From assembly GCA_963833425.1 (NCBI GenBank), contig CAWHXP010000007.1:291584-355583 (forward strand): a stretch of 64,000 nt of DNA. Reading direction: 5' to 3'. How positions within the stretch are numbered: position 1 is the first letter of the stretch; every line of letters begins with the position of its first letter. A program made the position numbers and the translations under genes. The DNA comes from an uncultured Methanosarcinaceae archaeon (lineage in GTDB: Archaea; Halobacteriota; Methanosarcinia; Methanosarcinales; Methanosarcinaceae). This document shows, piece after piece, positions 25,966-37,424 of this stretch. A model generated the notes under the pieces. It was not told the DNA's origin. It did no database searches and saw only the letters and a program-made list of their open reading frames with translations.

Positions 25966-26084
25966 AATTGCTAAGGAGTATTAATTTAAAAATTGGAGGT
26001 AATTAAGATGAGAGAACTAATAAAAAATTTCAAAGCCATCTGGAATAAATAAATGAAAGCATTCCCTGGTCTAGACAGGCACCC

Positions 26085-26351
26085 ATGATACAAATTAGTC
26101 TTTTTATTGCTGTAGCTGGTTTAAATAACAAAATATATGCAATGGGCAGAGAATTCACCTATCAGGACATTACAAGCCGTTTGGAAATTGTAGATCCCAT
26201 TTCTGGAGTAGGGACCGCAAAAGCTCCTATGCCTACAGCAAGGACAATGCGTGCAGCAAGTGCAGCAAATGGTAAGATATTTGCGGATCCAAAAATAGCT
26301 TTTGTTGGTGAGCTTTGGAATGAAGAGGCTAAATTGAAACTGAGGGGATAG
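26085..26351 (+). pseudogene. Kelch-repeat protein fragment
   Basis: LNNKIYAMG...LEIVDP...KAPMPTAR...AANGKIF, about 1.5 kelch blades only. Confidence 0.6.
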
Positions 26352-26786
26352 GTACTCTTTCCATGTAATTAAAAACTATTTGATAATCAAGGGGTACTAG
26401 AGAAAAAAGAGTTCTAAGATAATTAAAATATTTAATTTTGAACAATTTTATATTAAACAGGCAAATGGAAAAAAACCCGTTGCTTGCAGAAAAGTGTGAC
26501 ACCTTAACGTTGATTTTGTTAAAAATATTAAGTATTAATATATTGTTAATGAAATGCAGTATTAATAATATGAATAAGCATAATTTAGTGGTTATAAGTC
26601 TCGATCAAAATTTGCTTTTATTCATCTACAAATAATTTTACGTTGAGTGCTTTGTTGCCTAAAATTTACTTTATAGGTTCTCCAGAATTTGCTTTTTTTA
26701 AATCACAAACTTTATTAATATAAACGCAATTTAATTTGTTTTAATTTAAATAATATTTACTTGATTTGATATTTCTCGGTGATCCT

Positions 26787-27494
26787 ATGCATATAATGGA
26801 AGGCTTTTTACCGATATTTTGGTGTTTAGTGTGGTTTGCAGCATCAATACCAATGATCGCATTTGGTGTTTACAAACTGAACAAGTTAGTAAAAGAAAAA
26901 CGCGAGATATTACCTGTCCTCGCTGTCGCAGGTGCATTTATCTTCGTACTTTCCTCCCTAAAAATGCCTTCCGTTACAGGAAGCTGTTCCCACCCTACAG
27001 GAACAGGTGTAGGTGCAATCATTTTTGGGCCTGCGATTACTGCAGTTCTGGGGACTATTGTGCTGATATTCCAAGCTTTATTCCTTGCCCATGGAGGGCT
27101 TACGACTCTTGGAGCAAATGTATTTTCCATGGGCATCGTTGGTCCTATGGTGTCATACCTAATTTATAAAGCCGGAATGAAAGCCAAAATTAACTTTTAT
27201 TTTATTGTTTTTCTGGCTGCAGCTTTCGGAGACTGGGCTACTTATATTACAACTTCTACGGAACTTGCCTTGGCATTTCCTGCAGGAGGACTCCTTAATT
27301 ATATGGGTTTCCTCAGTTCATTCAGCAAATTTCTTGCAATCTTCGCAATTACTCAGGTACCCCTGGCAATCGTCGAAGGCGCAGTTAGTGCCCTACTATT
27401 CAAATACGTGATTGAAGTCAAGAGTGATATCCTTGTTGAAATGAAAGTATTGAACGAATCTTTAGTTCGCAAACTCAGGGGGCTTTCTTCATGA
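26787..27494 (+). CDS. cbiM: Cobalt ECF transporter S component CbiM
   Basis: MHIMEGFLP N-terminus, GSCSHPTG, AHGGLTTLGAN. Confidence 0.95.
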   Translation: MHIMEGFLPIFWCLVWFAASIPMIAFGVYKLNKLVKEKREILPVLAVAGAFIFVLSSLKMPSVTGSCSHPTGTGVGAIIFGPAITAVLGTIVLIFQALFLAHGGLTTLGANVFSMGIVGPMVSYLIYKAGMKAKINFYFIVFLAAAFGDWATYITTSTELALAFPAGGLLNYMGFLSSFSKFLAIFAITQVPLAIVEGAVSALLFKYVIEVKSDILVEMKVLNESLVRKLRGLSS

Positions 27495-27835
27495 GCAGAA
27501 AACTTGAATTTATTGTGATTGCTATAATTCTGATTTTTGCAGCTCAGTTCTTTTATACGTCTTCTACCACACATGCAGACTATAGAGGAGCTGATGACAA
27601 ACCTGCAGATGTTATTGATCAAATTACAGGTGGGGCTTACAAACCCATTGCAAAACCTATCTGGAGACCGCCAAGTAATGAAATCGAAAGTCTGCTTTTT
27701 GGCCTTCAGGCAGCTACCGGCGCAATAATTATCGGTTACTTCCTTGGGTATTATAGAGCAAAAAATCGTTTTGAAAGCGATTTCGGTATCCAAAGGGACA
27801 AAAAGCTGCAAAGGGACGAAGAAATTCAAACATAA
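27491..27835 (+). CDS. cbiN: Cobalt transport protein CbiN
   Basis: GADD...PIWRPPSNEIESLLFGLQAA; overlaps the cbiM stop. Confidence 0.93.
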   Translation: MSRKLEFIVIAIILIFAAQFFYTSSTTHADYRGADDKPADVIDQITGGAYKPIAKPIWRPPSNEIESLLFGLQAATGAIIIGYFLGYYRAKNRFESDFGIQRDKKLQRDEEIQT

Positions 27836-28029
27836 TAGATTATCCTTAATATTTAGCCTTTAGAGGATTCAAAAAATCCTAAATTTTGGTCGATTATTTG
27901 TAAAGAGCATCCATTTAATTTATTGAGCTCAGAGATTTATCGAAATACACTTTAATTTTTAGTTGGCTAAGCTCAATTGAAACAGCGAATAATTTTTTAA
28001 TTTTCATCCATTTATCCGCAGGTTTCCCA

Positions 28030-28812
28030 ATGAACAATATTCTTGACGACTATGCTCTTATTAGCCCTCTAAGGCACCGAAACAACTGGTTGAAACTGGC
28101 AATAGTTTTCTTCGGATTAATTGTAGGAGTCTCATGTACATCACCTATCACTCCTGTATTCATAGCTCTCTGTATGAGTTTTACGACAATTGCTTTTGGG
28201 AGGGTGTCTCCTAGACTCTATTCCAAACTTTTACTTGCGCCTATGGGCTTTGCAGCTACTGGTATCCTTATAATTGCTTTTTTCTCAGGTTCGGGACAGG
28301 AGCTGTTATCCTTCAAACTTATAGGTCATCCTTTTTCGATAAAGGCAGATGGACTTGAGCTTGCTCTTCTAGTCCTTTCTAGGTCCTTAAGTGGGATGTG
28401 TTGCCTTTACTTCCTTGCACTGACAACACCTATGATCGAACTCTTTGCTGTTTTCAAAGCTTCCAGATTACCAGAGTCTCTGATCGAGCTTACTATGCTA
28501 ATTTATCGTTACATCTTCGTCTTTCTTGAAATTGCCATTTCCACAATGTATGCCCAGACAATAAGATTAGGATACTCGAATTTCAGGCGTTCCATTAATT
28601 CTATTAGCATGCTTACAAGCACACTTTTTATAAGATCTTGGGAACAGGGAGATAAGCTCTTCCTTGCAATGAATTCCAGATGTTATAACGGAAAAATGAC
28701 TGTTTTCGAAGTTCAAAAGCCTATAAAAGCAATAGAATTGCTTTTAACTTCTGTTTATTTCATCTCGACTATTTCACTCTTTTATTTTACAAAAAATATA
28801 TCCATTGTTTGA
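28030..28812 (+). CDS. cbiQ: Cobalt ECF transporter T component CbiQ
   Basis: IYRYIFVF, AQTIRLGY, AMNSRCY. Confidence 0.93.
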   Translation: MNNILDDYALISPLRHRNNWLKLAIVFFGLIVGVSCTSPITPVFIALCMSFTTIAFGRVSPRLYSKLLLAPMGFAATGILIIAFFSGSGQELLSFKLIGHPFSIKADGLELALLVLSRSLSGMCCLYFLALTTPMIELFAVFKASRLPESLIELTMLIYRYIFVFLEIAISTMYAQTIRLGYSNFRRSINSISMLTSTLFIRSWEQGDKLFLAMNSRCYNGKMTVFEVQKPIKAIELLLTSVYFISTISLFYFTKNISIV

Positions 28813-28823
28813 GGTAACATATT

Positions 28824-30186
28824 GTGATCATTCTTGAGACTAGAAGCCTTAAATATACCTATCCAGACGGGACTGTAGCTTGTAAGGATCTGAATATTGA
28901 AATCAAAAAAGGGAAAAAGGTCGCTTTTGTAGGGCAAAATGGCTCAGGAAAGTCCACACTTTTTCTACTTATGAATGGGACCTTAAAGCCTGACGAAGGT
29001 GAAGTTCGTTTTCATGGAATTCCGTTTAAATATGATTCAAAGTCCCTCAGAGAAATCCGAAAATCCATCGGAATCGTTTTTCAAAATTCTGATGACCAGA
29101 TCTTTGCTCCCACTGTATACCAAGATATAGCTTTTGGGCCTGCAAACCTGGGTTATTCAAAAGAAAGAGTCGATGTCTGCGTGAAGCATTCCCTTGAGCA
29201 AGTTGGACTCTCTCACTTGCAGGACAAGCCTCCCCATCATCTCAGCGGAGGCCAGAAAAAAAGGGTTGCACTTGCTGGGATTATGGCAATGGAACCCGAA
29301 ATAATCATTCTGGATGAACCCCTCTCGAATCTTGATCCGATTGGTGCGGATGAAATAATGGATCTGCTTAACGAATTTAACCAATTCGGAACCACTATCA
29401 TAATCTCCACTCATGATGTGGATCTGGCATATCGCTGGTCTGATTATGTGTACATCATGTCAAACAGCAAACTTATAGGCCAAGGAACACCTATCAGAAG
29501 TTTTCAAAGAGCAGGAACTTCTAAAAAAAGCAGGCCTCCGTCAGCCAACTACTCTTGAAATTTATTATGAAATAGAACGACGAGGGCTTGCTTACGGGAA
29601 AAACTCCCCAAAAACAGTACCAGAGCTTGTTAATACCTTCAAACCACTAGATCTTATGTGGGTTGATGTTCCGCCAAAGGTCAAGGAAGGAGACAGTCTG
29701 AACCTTGGAGTTATGTATGGGGATTATGCAACTCATTCCCCTTACGAGGCCATTAATGCTAAGGTTCTGCATATCCATCCCGATGGAAGAGCCATTGTTG
29801 AATTGAAGCGTAAGGGCATTAAAGCCGGTGGAGTTTTACTTTATGATACTGACAATTATTCCCTCAAAGAGATACGACAAATCCTGAAAGAGGGGGAAAT
29901 GGTTTTTGTAGGGGCAATGGGCAAGAAAAGTAAAACTTTTGCCGAAAAGAACGGGATCCACTTAGATGTCACCTCAGGCGTTATAGACAAATCGATCTTA
30001 ATGGCTCTTTGTGGAAAGCGTTGCCTTATCCTTGCAGCCGGTGGTATGGTAGACCACGCTCTGAGAAGAATAAGAGAATACGTGGAAAAAAGTGGGATAG
30101 AATTTACTATGGGTATTGTCAACCGGGAAGAAAGCTGCAAGTGGCTTGAGGAATCAGATGATGGACCTGAAATTCTTGAGCTATGA
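28824..30186 (+). CDS. cbiO: Cobalt ECF ATPase CbiO with C-terminal extension, frameshift near 29495
   Basis: [21 protein letters not shown]; the second frame continues into ORF 29656-30186. Confidence 0.9.
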
Positions 30187-31065
30187 TTATAAACTAGAAC
30201 TTACTCAGTTTACTGCTTTGAAAATACTTCTCAATCCTCATAATTTTGATACTGAATGCATCGATTCCAAACATGTGCATAATTCAGAAGATAATTACAC
30301 TTTTGTGCTCTATTCATACTGTCTGACCTATGCACTCGAGGAACAAAATTAAGTATAATGAGTTGTGGTTAAAGCTGCGTGTGAGACAGTTTAAAGTTTA
30401 ATTGTATTGATTTCCCATCTCAACTTCTTTGGTCCTATAGAATTTATGTTGTTGGGAGTTCTGTAAAGTCAATGAGATGTTGAGAATCCCTCGCTCTAAC
30501 TTCAAAAATAGCTAGGACTACTCAGTATCCAAAGACTTAACAGAAACATATTCACCAACTCCAGCTGGGAGCCTCAATTAATCTACTAATATCATTTTCT
30601 TTTCATCATTATGTATATTTGTAACTATTCAATTTACCAAAAATCAGTTGGAATATATTTATTTTGATGCGATAAATACTTCTAATTATAACTGATGGAA
30701 AAATTAAGAAAAATACTTTGAAGGAAAAACAATATTCAATATTGACTTTATGTAAAAATAGTGAAAATTGGTAAAATTTTGCTGAATATCTAAGCCAGTT
30801 GATGAAGTACTGAAGTTGGACAAAAGGACAAATCTCAGTTATTTTTAAATTTAAAACTATCGAAAATCTGAACTCGAAAAATTAATAACTGCTTCTTTTT
30901 ATGGTACTCAAATTAGTTTAGAAGATACTCATTAAATTTTCAACATAGTATTGAGATTCATTATAAATCTTGATTTTTTTTGCTTTCATCCATACCTTTT
31001 AATATTGCCAATACATTAATTAATACGCATCATGCATTCAAAATCATATTCAGGTGACTTTAATA

Positions 31066-32224
31066 ATGTATTCTAATCGAATCAATGCATTACCACCATA
31101 TCTTTTTTCAGTTATCGATGAATCAAAGGATAGACTGATTGCGGCAGGAGTGGACGTTATTGATCTTGGAGTGGGAGATCCGGACCTTCCGACATACCCG
31201 CACATTGTAGAGTCCCTACGAGAAGCGGTTTGTGACCCAAAAACACATCACTATCCTTCTTATGCTGGGATGCAGGAATTCAGAAAAGCTGCAGCTGAAT
31301 GGTGTGAGAAATATAAGGGAATTGAGCTTGACCCTGCGAATGAAGTGCTCGCTCTAATCGGTTCAAAGGAAGCTATTGCCCACATTCCTATCGCATTTAT
31401 CAATAGCGGGTGATGTTGTGCTTTATACAGATCCGGGTTATCCGGTTTATAAAATTGGAGCTCTTTTTGCGGATGGGGAGCCATATCCTCTTCATCTAAA
31501 GGCCGAGAACAATTTCCTGCCTGATCTCGACTCTATTTCGGAGGAGGTCCTGCAAAAAGCGAAGCTTTTCTTTTTCAATTACCCTAATAACCCAACTACT
31601 GCAACAGCTGACATGGTATTCTTTGAGAAAGTTGCAAAGTTCTGCAAGAAACATGGCATCATTGCAATACACGATAACGCCTACTCCCAGATTACCTACG
31701 ACGGATACAAAAGTCCCTCTTTTCTTGCAGCAAAAGGGGCAATGGACATCGGAATAGAACTTTATTCACACTCAAAGACATATAATATGACGGGGTGGAG
31801 ATTAGGATTTGCGGTCGGAAACAAAGCTATTATACAGGGGCTTGGAAAGGTTAAATCCAACATAGATTCAGGTGTATTTGATGCTATTCAGATTGCAGGC
31901 ATTGCAGCTCTCAACTATCCCCAAACCAGTGTTGAAGAAATGAATAAAATTTATGAGGACAGACGGAATGCTCTCATCGAAGGACTCCAGGCTATGGGTC
32001 TTGAAGTAAAGCTGCCTAAAGCTACTTTCTACATATGGGCTCCTGTACCAAAGGCCTTTAACTCAATCAGTTTCGCAAAACTCCTGCTTGAAGAAGCCGG
32101 AATCGTTGTAACTCCGGGTGTCGGCTTCGGAGAAGCTGGAGAAGGTTACATCAGGTTTGCTCTCACTAAACCGGTTGAGAGAATTAAGGAAGCTGTAGAA
32201 AGGATGAAGAAGTTGAGCTTATAA
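31066..32224 (+). CDS. dapL: LL-diaminopimelate aminotransferase, frameshift near 31405
   Basis: [34 protein letters not shown]. Confidence 0.85.
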
Positions 32225-32392
32225 CGATCTCGAATGTCATCTTGGTAGGAATTTTGCATGAAATAATTCAGGTGGGTAAAATCTGACCTACATTCTACAA
32301 ATTTATGAGGAAGTATAATTTGTTAGTCTATTTAGCCATTGTTATTTATGTAAGTTATATTAGTTTTTAAGTTATGCTATGTTAAGAAATAT

Positions 32393-33246
32393 GGTTCTGT
32401 TGTAAAAAATTCAAAAAAAAATGTAAATCTATAAGTAATGAATAAAAATCAGAATATTCAAGGAAAATGCACTAACATTATAAAACTATGTCAAACAATC
32501 AATTAATGTATTTGACTTCATTAAGAACAGAGTAATTCAAATTATTGACTTGTCTTTTTTTAATCATATTCATAGCTTCAATTCTTTTTAAAGTTTTATT
32601 AGCAGATCGAAAAGACTGAAATCCTAACATTGGATTAACGATTCGCTTTATAGATCTGTGATCTTTTCTATAAGTTATTCAAATACTTGATTTGTCGAAT
32701 GCCTACGTTTTTAGGTAGTATTTTATCAATTTTTAGTTTATCTATAACAGGTGGATAAGCTTGATTCTTATCAACGGTTATTAATCTTGGAATTTGATTA
32801 TGATTAGAACTTGAAGCTTTCTTAAAGAATTTCTTCGCTGCCTTTCTATCTCGTTTTGAACTTTGCATGAAATCAATTGTATCTCCATTTGAGTCAACTG
32901 CTCGGTAAAAATATTTCCATTTACCTTGTACTTTGATATAGGTTTCATCAACTCTCCAAGAATCATTTGTTGGTCTTAAATGTCTTCTTATCCTCTTTTC
33001 TATTTCAGGGGAATATCGATGTACCCATCTCATGATTGTTGTATGGTCGACTTTTATTCCCCTTTCTGCCATCATTTCCTTTAAATTTCTATAACTTAAT
33101 GCATATTTTAAGTACCATCTTACATTTAATAGGATAATTTCCCCTTCATAATGCTTCCATTTAAAGGAATTAGATAGCATGTTACTATCTTTGGTTTTCT
33201 TTTTATTCTATTGTATCAGTAGAAAGGATTTTTTGCAACGGAATCC
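32393..33246 (-). mobile_element. IS6-family element, transposase frameshifted near its 3' end
   Basis: WRVDETYI, YRAVD, ITVDKN and KYLNN motifs; ends ggttctgttgtaaaa and ttttgcaacggaatcc. Confidence 0.9.
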
Positions 33247-33936
33247 TCTATCCTTTATCGCGAAATTAATGTCGTTACCGATTAAATGCCAAGTAAATGC
33301 AAAAAAATAGCAAGAAAAAACATAAGCAATTCTATTAAATCCCAATTATATCGATTTCAAATTAAAAATAATCCTGGGAAAAAAATCTGGGGACTAGAAA
33401 ATATAAAAGATCTAATAACCAAAAAAGGAAATTATACATATAGCCCAAAATTAAAAGAGATATTCAGAGTAGGAAAAATGCTAGTAAATTTTGGGACTAC
33501 AATGAACCTGAACTTGCTCCAGAGACTTGGGTACTCATTCTTGAAAATGAAATGTGATATCAACCGAAGACTATGCAGAACCAAAAAACTCAATATATAT
33601 ATATCAAATCTAGAAAATTACACCTCTTTCCTACAATTGCCGTGACATTTTCAGAGTCACAGAATAAATAATATATTTGTTATTATGTGACAAAAACATT
33701 AATTAATTTTCAATTAGTAGCAAATTGTAGCTACAAACAATATATGTATTTATGGTAGTTACTTGAAAACTATAAATGTGATAACGTCAAGAATAATGGG
33801 AAGATTTGAAATAGGATATAAATAGAATCAGGCTAAACACTTCAGAGAATGGCTGAGATATTTTATTTCCCATTTCATCCTGTAGCTTGGAGGCCTGTCA
33901 CTGAAAGAAAACCTTATAGGGATTAAATCCACATTT

Positions 33937-35406
33937 ATGAGCTATTTCAAAGAGCGAGAAGCTGAAATTAGTGGTTCTCTCCTTGCCGTACTGTCTGGGG
34001 AAAACATACTTTTTCTTGGTCCTCCAGGAACGGCAAAAACCCAGCTCGCAAAAAACATATGTCAGTCCATTGAAGGAGGAAATTTTTTTAATTACCTCCT
34101 TACAAGCTTTTCAACTCCAGAGGAGATATTCGGCCCTCTCTCATTAAAAGCTCTGGAAGAAGACGAATTCCGCCGAAAAATAGACGGATGTCTCCCAACT
34201 TCTCATATCGCTTTACTAGATGAAATTTTTAAGGCTAGCAGTGCAATACTTAACAGTCTCCTGACAGTCCTGAATGAACGCAAATATCATAATGGTAAAG
34301 AGATTATAGATGTTCCTTTGCTCTCTGTTTTTGGAGCATCAAATGAGTTTCCCGGGGAAGACGAAGGTCTTGAAGCTCTTTATGATCGTTTTCTGTTTAG
34401 GTACAGACTCACCTATATTCAGGACGATGAAAACTTCCGAGATCTTCTGTTCAGAGGTCATGACGATTTCATACCTTCTGTAAATATTCAAGTTTCGGAG
34501 ATATACAAACTTCGAGAAAGCGCAAAAAGCATTCCTATTGACCCTGATGTTGAGCTTATTATGCTCGAACTTAGGAAAAATATTCAGTTTCAGGAGATTG
34601 AAATTTCGGACAGACGCTGGAAAAAATTTATCCGGGTCCTAAAGGTTGCGGCCTGCAGCAGTGGCTGTATGGCAGTAGACAGAACAATGGTACTTTTGCT
34701 CCAGCATATGCTCTGGAATCTGCCTGAAGAGAAAGAAAATATCCGAAAAAAGGTATTTGAACTTGTAGTATCTGGAGGGATTAACACGGAGAAACTGCGC
34801 CAAGAAGCAGACGACCTGCACGCTGCAGCAATCATTGCTCTGAAAAACGAAATCCCTGTAAAGGTTATCTGTGATAGCTGCGGGGAAGAATTCCTACTGA
34901 GACAGGAAATCGAAACACATCATCTATCACATAAGACCCACAGCTATACCTTAAAAAAAGACGGGATTTCTAAGATATATCCTTACGATAACCTAGTAAC
35001 GGAAATTGATTCGATCAATGAAATGGTAGGAAAAAAAAGCACATTAACCTCAGCTCAGAAGGAAGTTTTTGAAACCGAAATCAATTCCGTGGTCAATAGA
35101 ATCATGCGCGTAAAATGCAAGCTTGAAGGAGAAAGAGAACATCTCAGATGCTTGATAGAGAAAAATATCTGGCTTTCAATCCTTGACAGAAAAGAAGCTC
35201 TCATGCTTCATGATTCCAAAATTATTGAATTAATCGATATCGAGGCTATTATCTCGAAAACTCAAGCAATGATTGGGCTAGAGAACAGGAAAGTAAAACC
35301 GAAACCACAGCTTGCAGAAGAAAAAGCAAAAATTACTGTGGTCGATTCTTTCAGCAGTGTCAACAGTTTTATGAAAGAAATAGGGGCTCGATTAAGACTT
35401 AAATGA
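33937..35406 (+). CDS. RavA/MoxR-family AAA+ ATPase with a C2H2-like insert
   Basis: GPPGTAKT, LLDEIFKASSAILNSLL, ALYDRF, ISDRRW; CDSC-x12-HxxxH near residue 310. Confidence 0.88.
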   Translation: MSYFKEREAEISGSLLAVLSGENILFLGPPGTAKTQLAKNICQSIEGGNFFNYLLTSFSTPEEIFGPLSLKALEEDEFRRKIDGCLPTSHIALLDEIFKASSAILNSLLTVLNERKYHNGKEIIDVPLLSVFGASNEFPGEDEGLEALYDRFLFRYRLTYIQDDENFRDLLFRGHDDFIPSVNIQVSEIYKLRESAKSIPIDPDVELIMLELRKNIQFQEIEISDRRWKKFIRVLKVAACSSGCMAVDRTMVLLLQHMLWNLPEEKENIRKKVFELVVSGGINTEKLRQEADDLHAAAIIALKNEIPVKVICDSCGEEFLLRQEIETHHLSHKTHSYTLKKDGISKIYPYDNLVTEIDSINEMVGKKSTLTSAQKEVFETEINSVVNRIMRVKCKLEGEREHLRCLIEKNIWLSILDRKEALMLHDSKIIELIDIEAIISKTQAMIGLENRKVKPKPQLAEEKAKITVVDSFSSVNSFMKEIGARLRLK

Positions 35407-35657
35407 ATCTTTCAAAAGATAATTTTAATGGATCATATCTTTGAGTTATTGATTTCTTTTTATATATTTCCCTGCTTTCTATACATCAAAGCAGAGGCAG
35501 ATGGTTTCATAGGGTGCGAAATTGAATGCTTTTTCGCGGATCCTTTAATTAGGACATTGAGCTTAAATAGTTTGGATGTTAGAATCTCTACTCTCATTGT
35601 TATTTCACCTCTTCAGAAATCAGCGTTACAATTCTTTCTGATTATGAAAATTGAATT

Positions 35658-36782
35658 TTATTCTTTTTTTTGCTCTTCACTTTCTGTTCTTGTTCCTATT
35701 CGCAAAGTTGTCCCTCTTAAGACTCCAGGACTTGAGGGGTGGATATCTCTCTCACACTCTTGCCCAAGTTCACACTCCACTACAATTCCACGGAGCAAGC
35801 GACCCAGAATATCCGAACCTGTTATAATCCTTTTTTCCTGACCCCAGTAGAGGATAAGATCCTGGTCGATTACGTCATCTTCTGGATACTGCGGAAACAC
35901 CTTAAATTGCCGGATTACTCTTTCAAGCCTGGTCTTCGGAGACGTCACCACAACCGGGAAATGGCAATAAGAAAGAGGAGGGAATGGACCTTTCTTGTAA
36001 ACCGCATCACGAAGAAAATGGTCCGCATCAAGAACCATAATAGGCTCATCAATGGGACTAGTGATTATCACCCATTTCTTTCCAGAAGCTTCTATTTTTT
36101 GCAGAAAAGGGTCAGATGGTTCCATGCTAAATGTAGGAAAAACTGGCCGATTATTTTTGACAGGAAGAGATATTATGCTTCTTGGGTCTATTATCGAGCC
36201 TTCATCTGAAATATTAACGTCATCTATGGAGAGAAAATTCAAGGCCCCTCTTCCTTCAAAGGCATTAATATCGGATTTTCCAGATTCTATATGCTTTTCG
36301 AGCATAATCCTTACAGCATGTTCCTTGAAGAGTTCAAGTTTTTCTTTCCCAAGCCACCAGTCAAGGATAAGAGCCGTCGGTTTGGCCACAGGATAGAGAA
36401 TAAACTGATAGAAACGAATTAGAGGAGTTAGTTTTGCCCCAAGTGAGAGAGCATTTCGCGAAAAATAAGCCTGAGGTGCAATTTCTCCGAAACATGTGAT
36501 TCCAAAGGTCGAAAATAGGAAAGCTGATGTTCCTGTAAGTATAGAATCCGTAAGCAGGGTAATCAGAACATTTATGCCTATATTTCCCCAGAGCAATGTG
36601 GTAAGCAGAAAATTTGAGTCCTTTCGAATCTGCAGAATTTTTATAGCTTCTTTATTGTTTGCCTCGGCCTCGATTTCAAGCTTAAGTCTCCCAAGGCCAA
36701 AAATTCCGATAGTCAGCCCGGCAAAAATGGCTGACTGAATCAGACAGAGTGTTATCAATATCCAAGTAATCATTTCATTCAT
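35658..36782 (-). CDS. CNNM/DUF21 membrane protein (CorB-like metal transport)
   Basis: LLTTLLWGN, FGEIAPQA, N-terminal transmembrane helices. Confidence 0.85.
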   Translation of the reverse strand: MNEMITWILITLCLIQSAIFAGLTIGIFGLGRLKLEIEAEANNKEAIKILQIRKDSNFLLTTLLWGNIGINVLITLLTDSILTGTSAFLFSTFGITCFGEIAPQAYFSRNALSLGAKLTPLIRFYQFILYPVAKPTALILDWWLGKEKLELFKEHAVRIMLEKHIESGKSDINAFEGRGALNFLSIDDVNISDEGSIIDPRSIISLPVKNNRPVFPTFSMEPSDPFLQKIEASGKKWVIITSPIDEPIMVLDADHFLRDAVYKKGPFPPLSYCHFPVVVTSPKTRLERVIRQFKVFPQYPEDDVIDQDLILYWGQEKRIITGSDILGRLLRGIVVECELGQECERDIHPSSPGVLRGTTLRIGTRTESEEQKKE

Positions 36783-37424
36783 TATGAGTCTGTAACCTCT
36801 ATAATATTCATATAAGTCACATCAAATGCCTTAAGCCATCGATAAATCTTTTAGATTTAATATAAATTTGGTATAAAAGCCTTGATTCTAGTAAATTTAA
36901 TCTTATAATTCACCACTGTTAAAACCATTAATTTTTTTGAAATTTTTTGCATTTTTTAATGACATTAGAAAGTCTAAGATTAGCTTTAACGTAAATTTTT
37001 ATTACCTTCTTCCTTCTCTTGGCAGAGTGAATATAGCTGTAATTAATCTTTATCTTATAAATAATTTCATTCCAAAATAAAGTTCTGATGACACATCCAG
37101 GTGCAAGTGACTGATGCGACGTCACAACTTTGATGTTACGGTGATGTCATTTAGTTACCTTTTCTGTAAGTTCAAAAACAGTGATGTGATAATACTTTTA
37201 TCCTATATATCTTGAAATAGTTCTTTAAATATATAAATAATTAATCTATAAAACATATATCTTGGTAAGATCTAAAAGCTATTTCAAATAAAATGGCAGC
37301 ATTAATAATTTTCTGTAACATCATAAATATAAACAAGTTATTGAGTAGATAAATATCGTATCTCAAGAACAAATTCCAAGCGGCGAGCAAAAATTTGACT
37401 TGAGTTCACAGCAAATTCGCACAA

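Noticed and set aside
30360..30580. Possible IS200/IS605 end or small RNA
   Set aside because: Only weak resemblance, with no tnpA/tnpB frame or convincing hairpin
33286..33645. 119-aa ORF next to IS6 as a real gene
   Set aside because: No recognisable motif; it lies in IS debris beside a probable degenerate repeat copy
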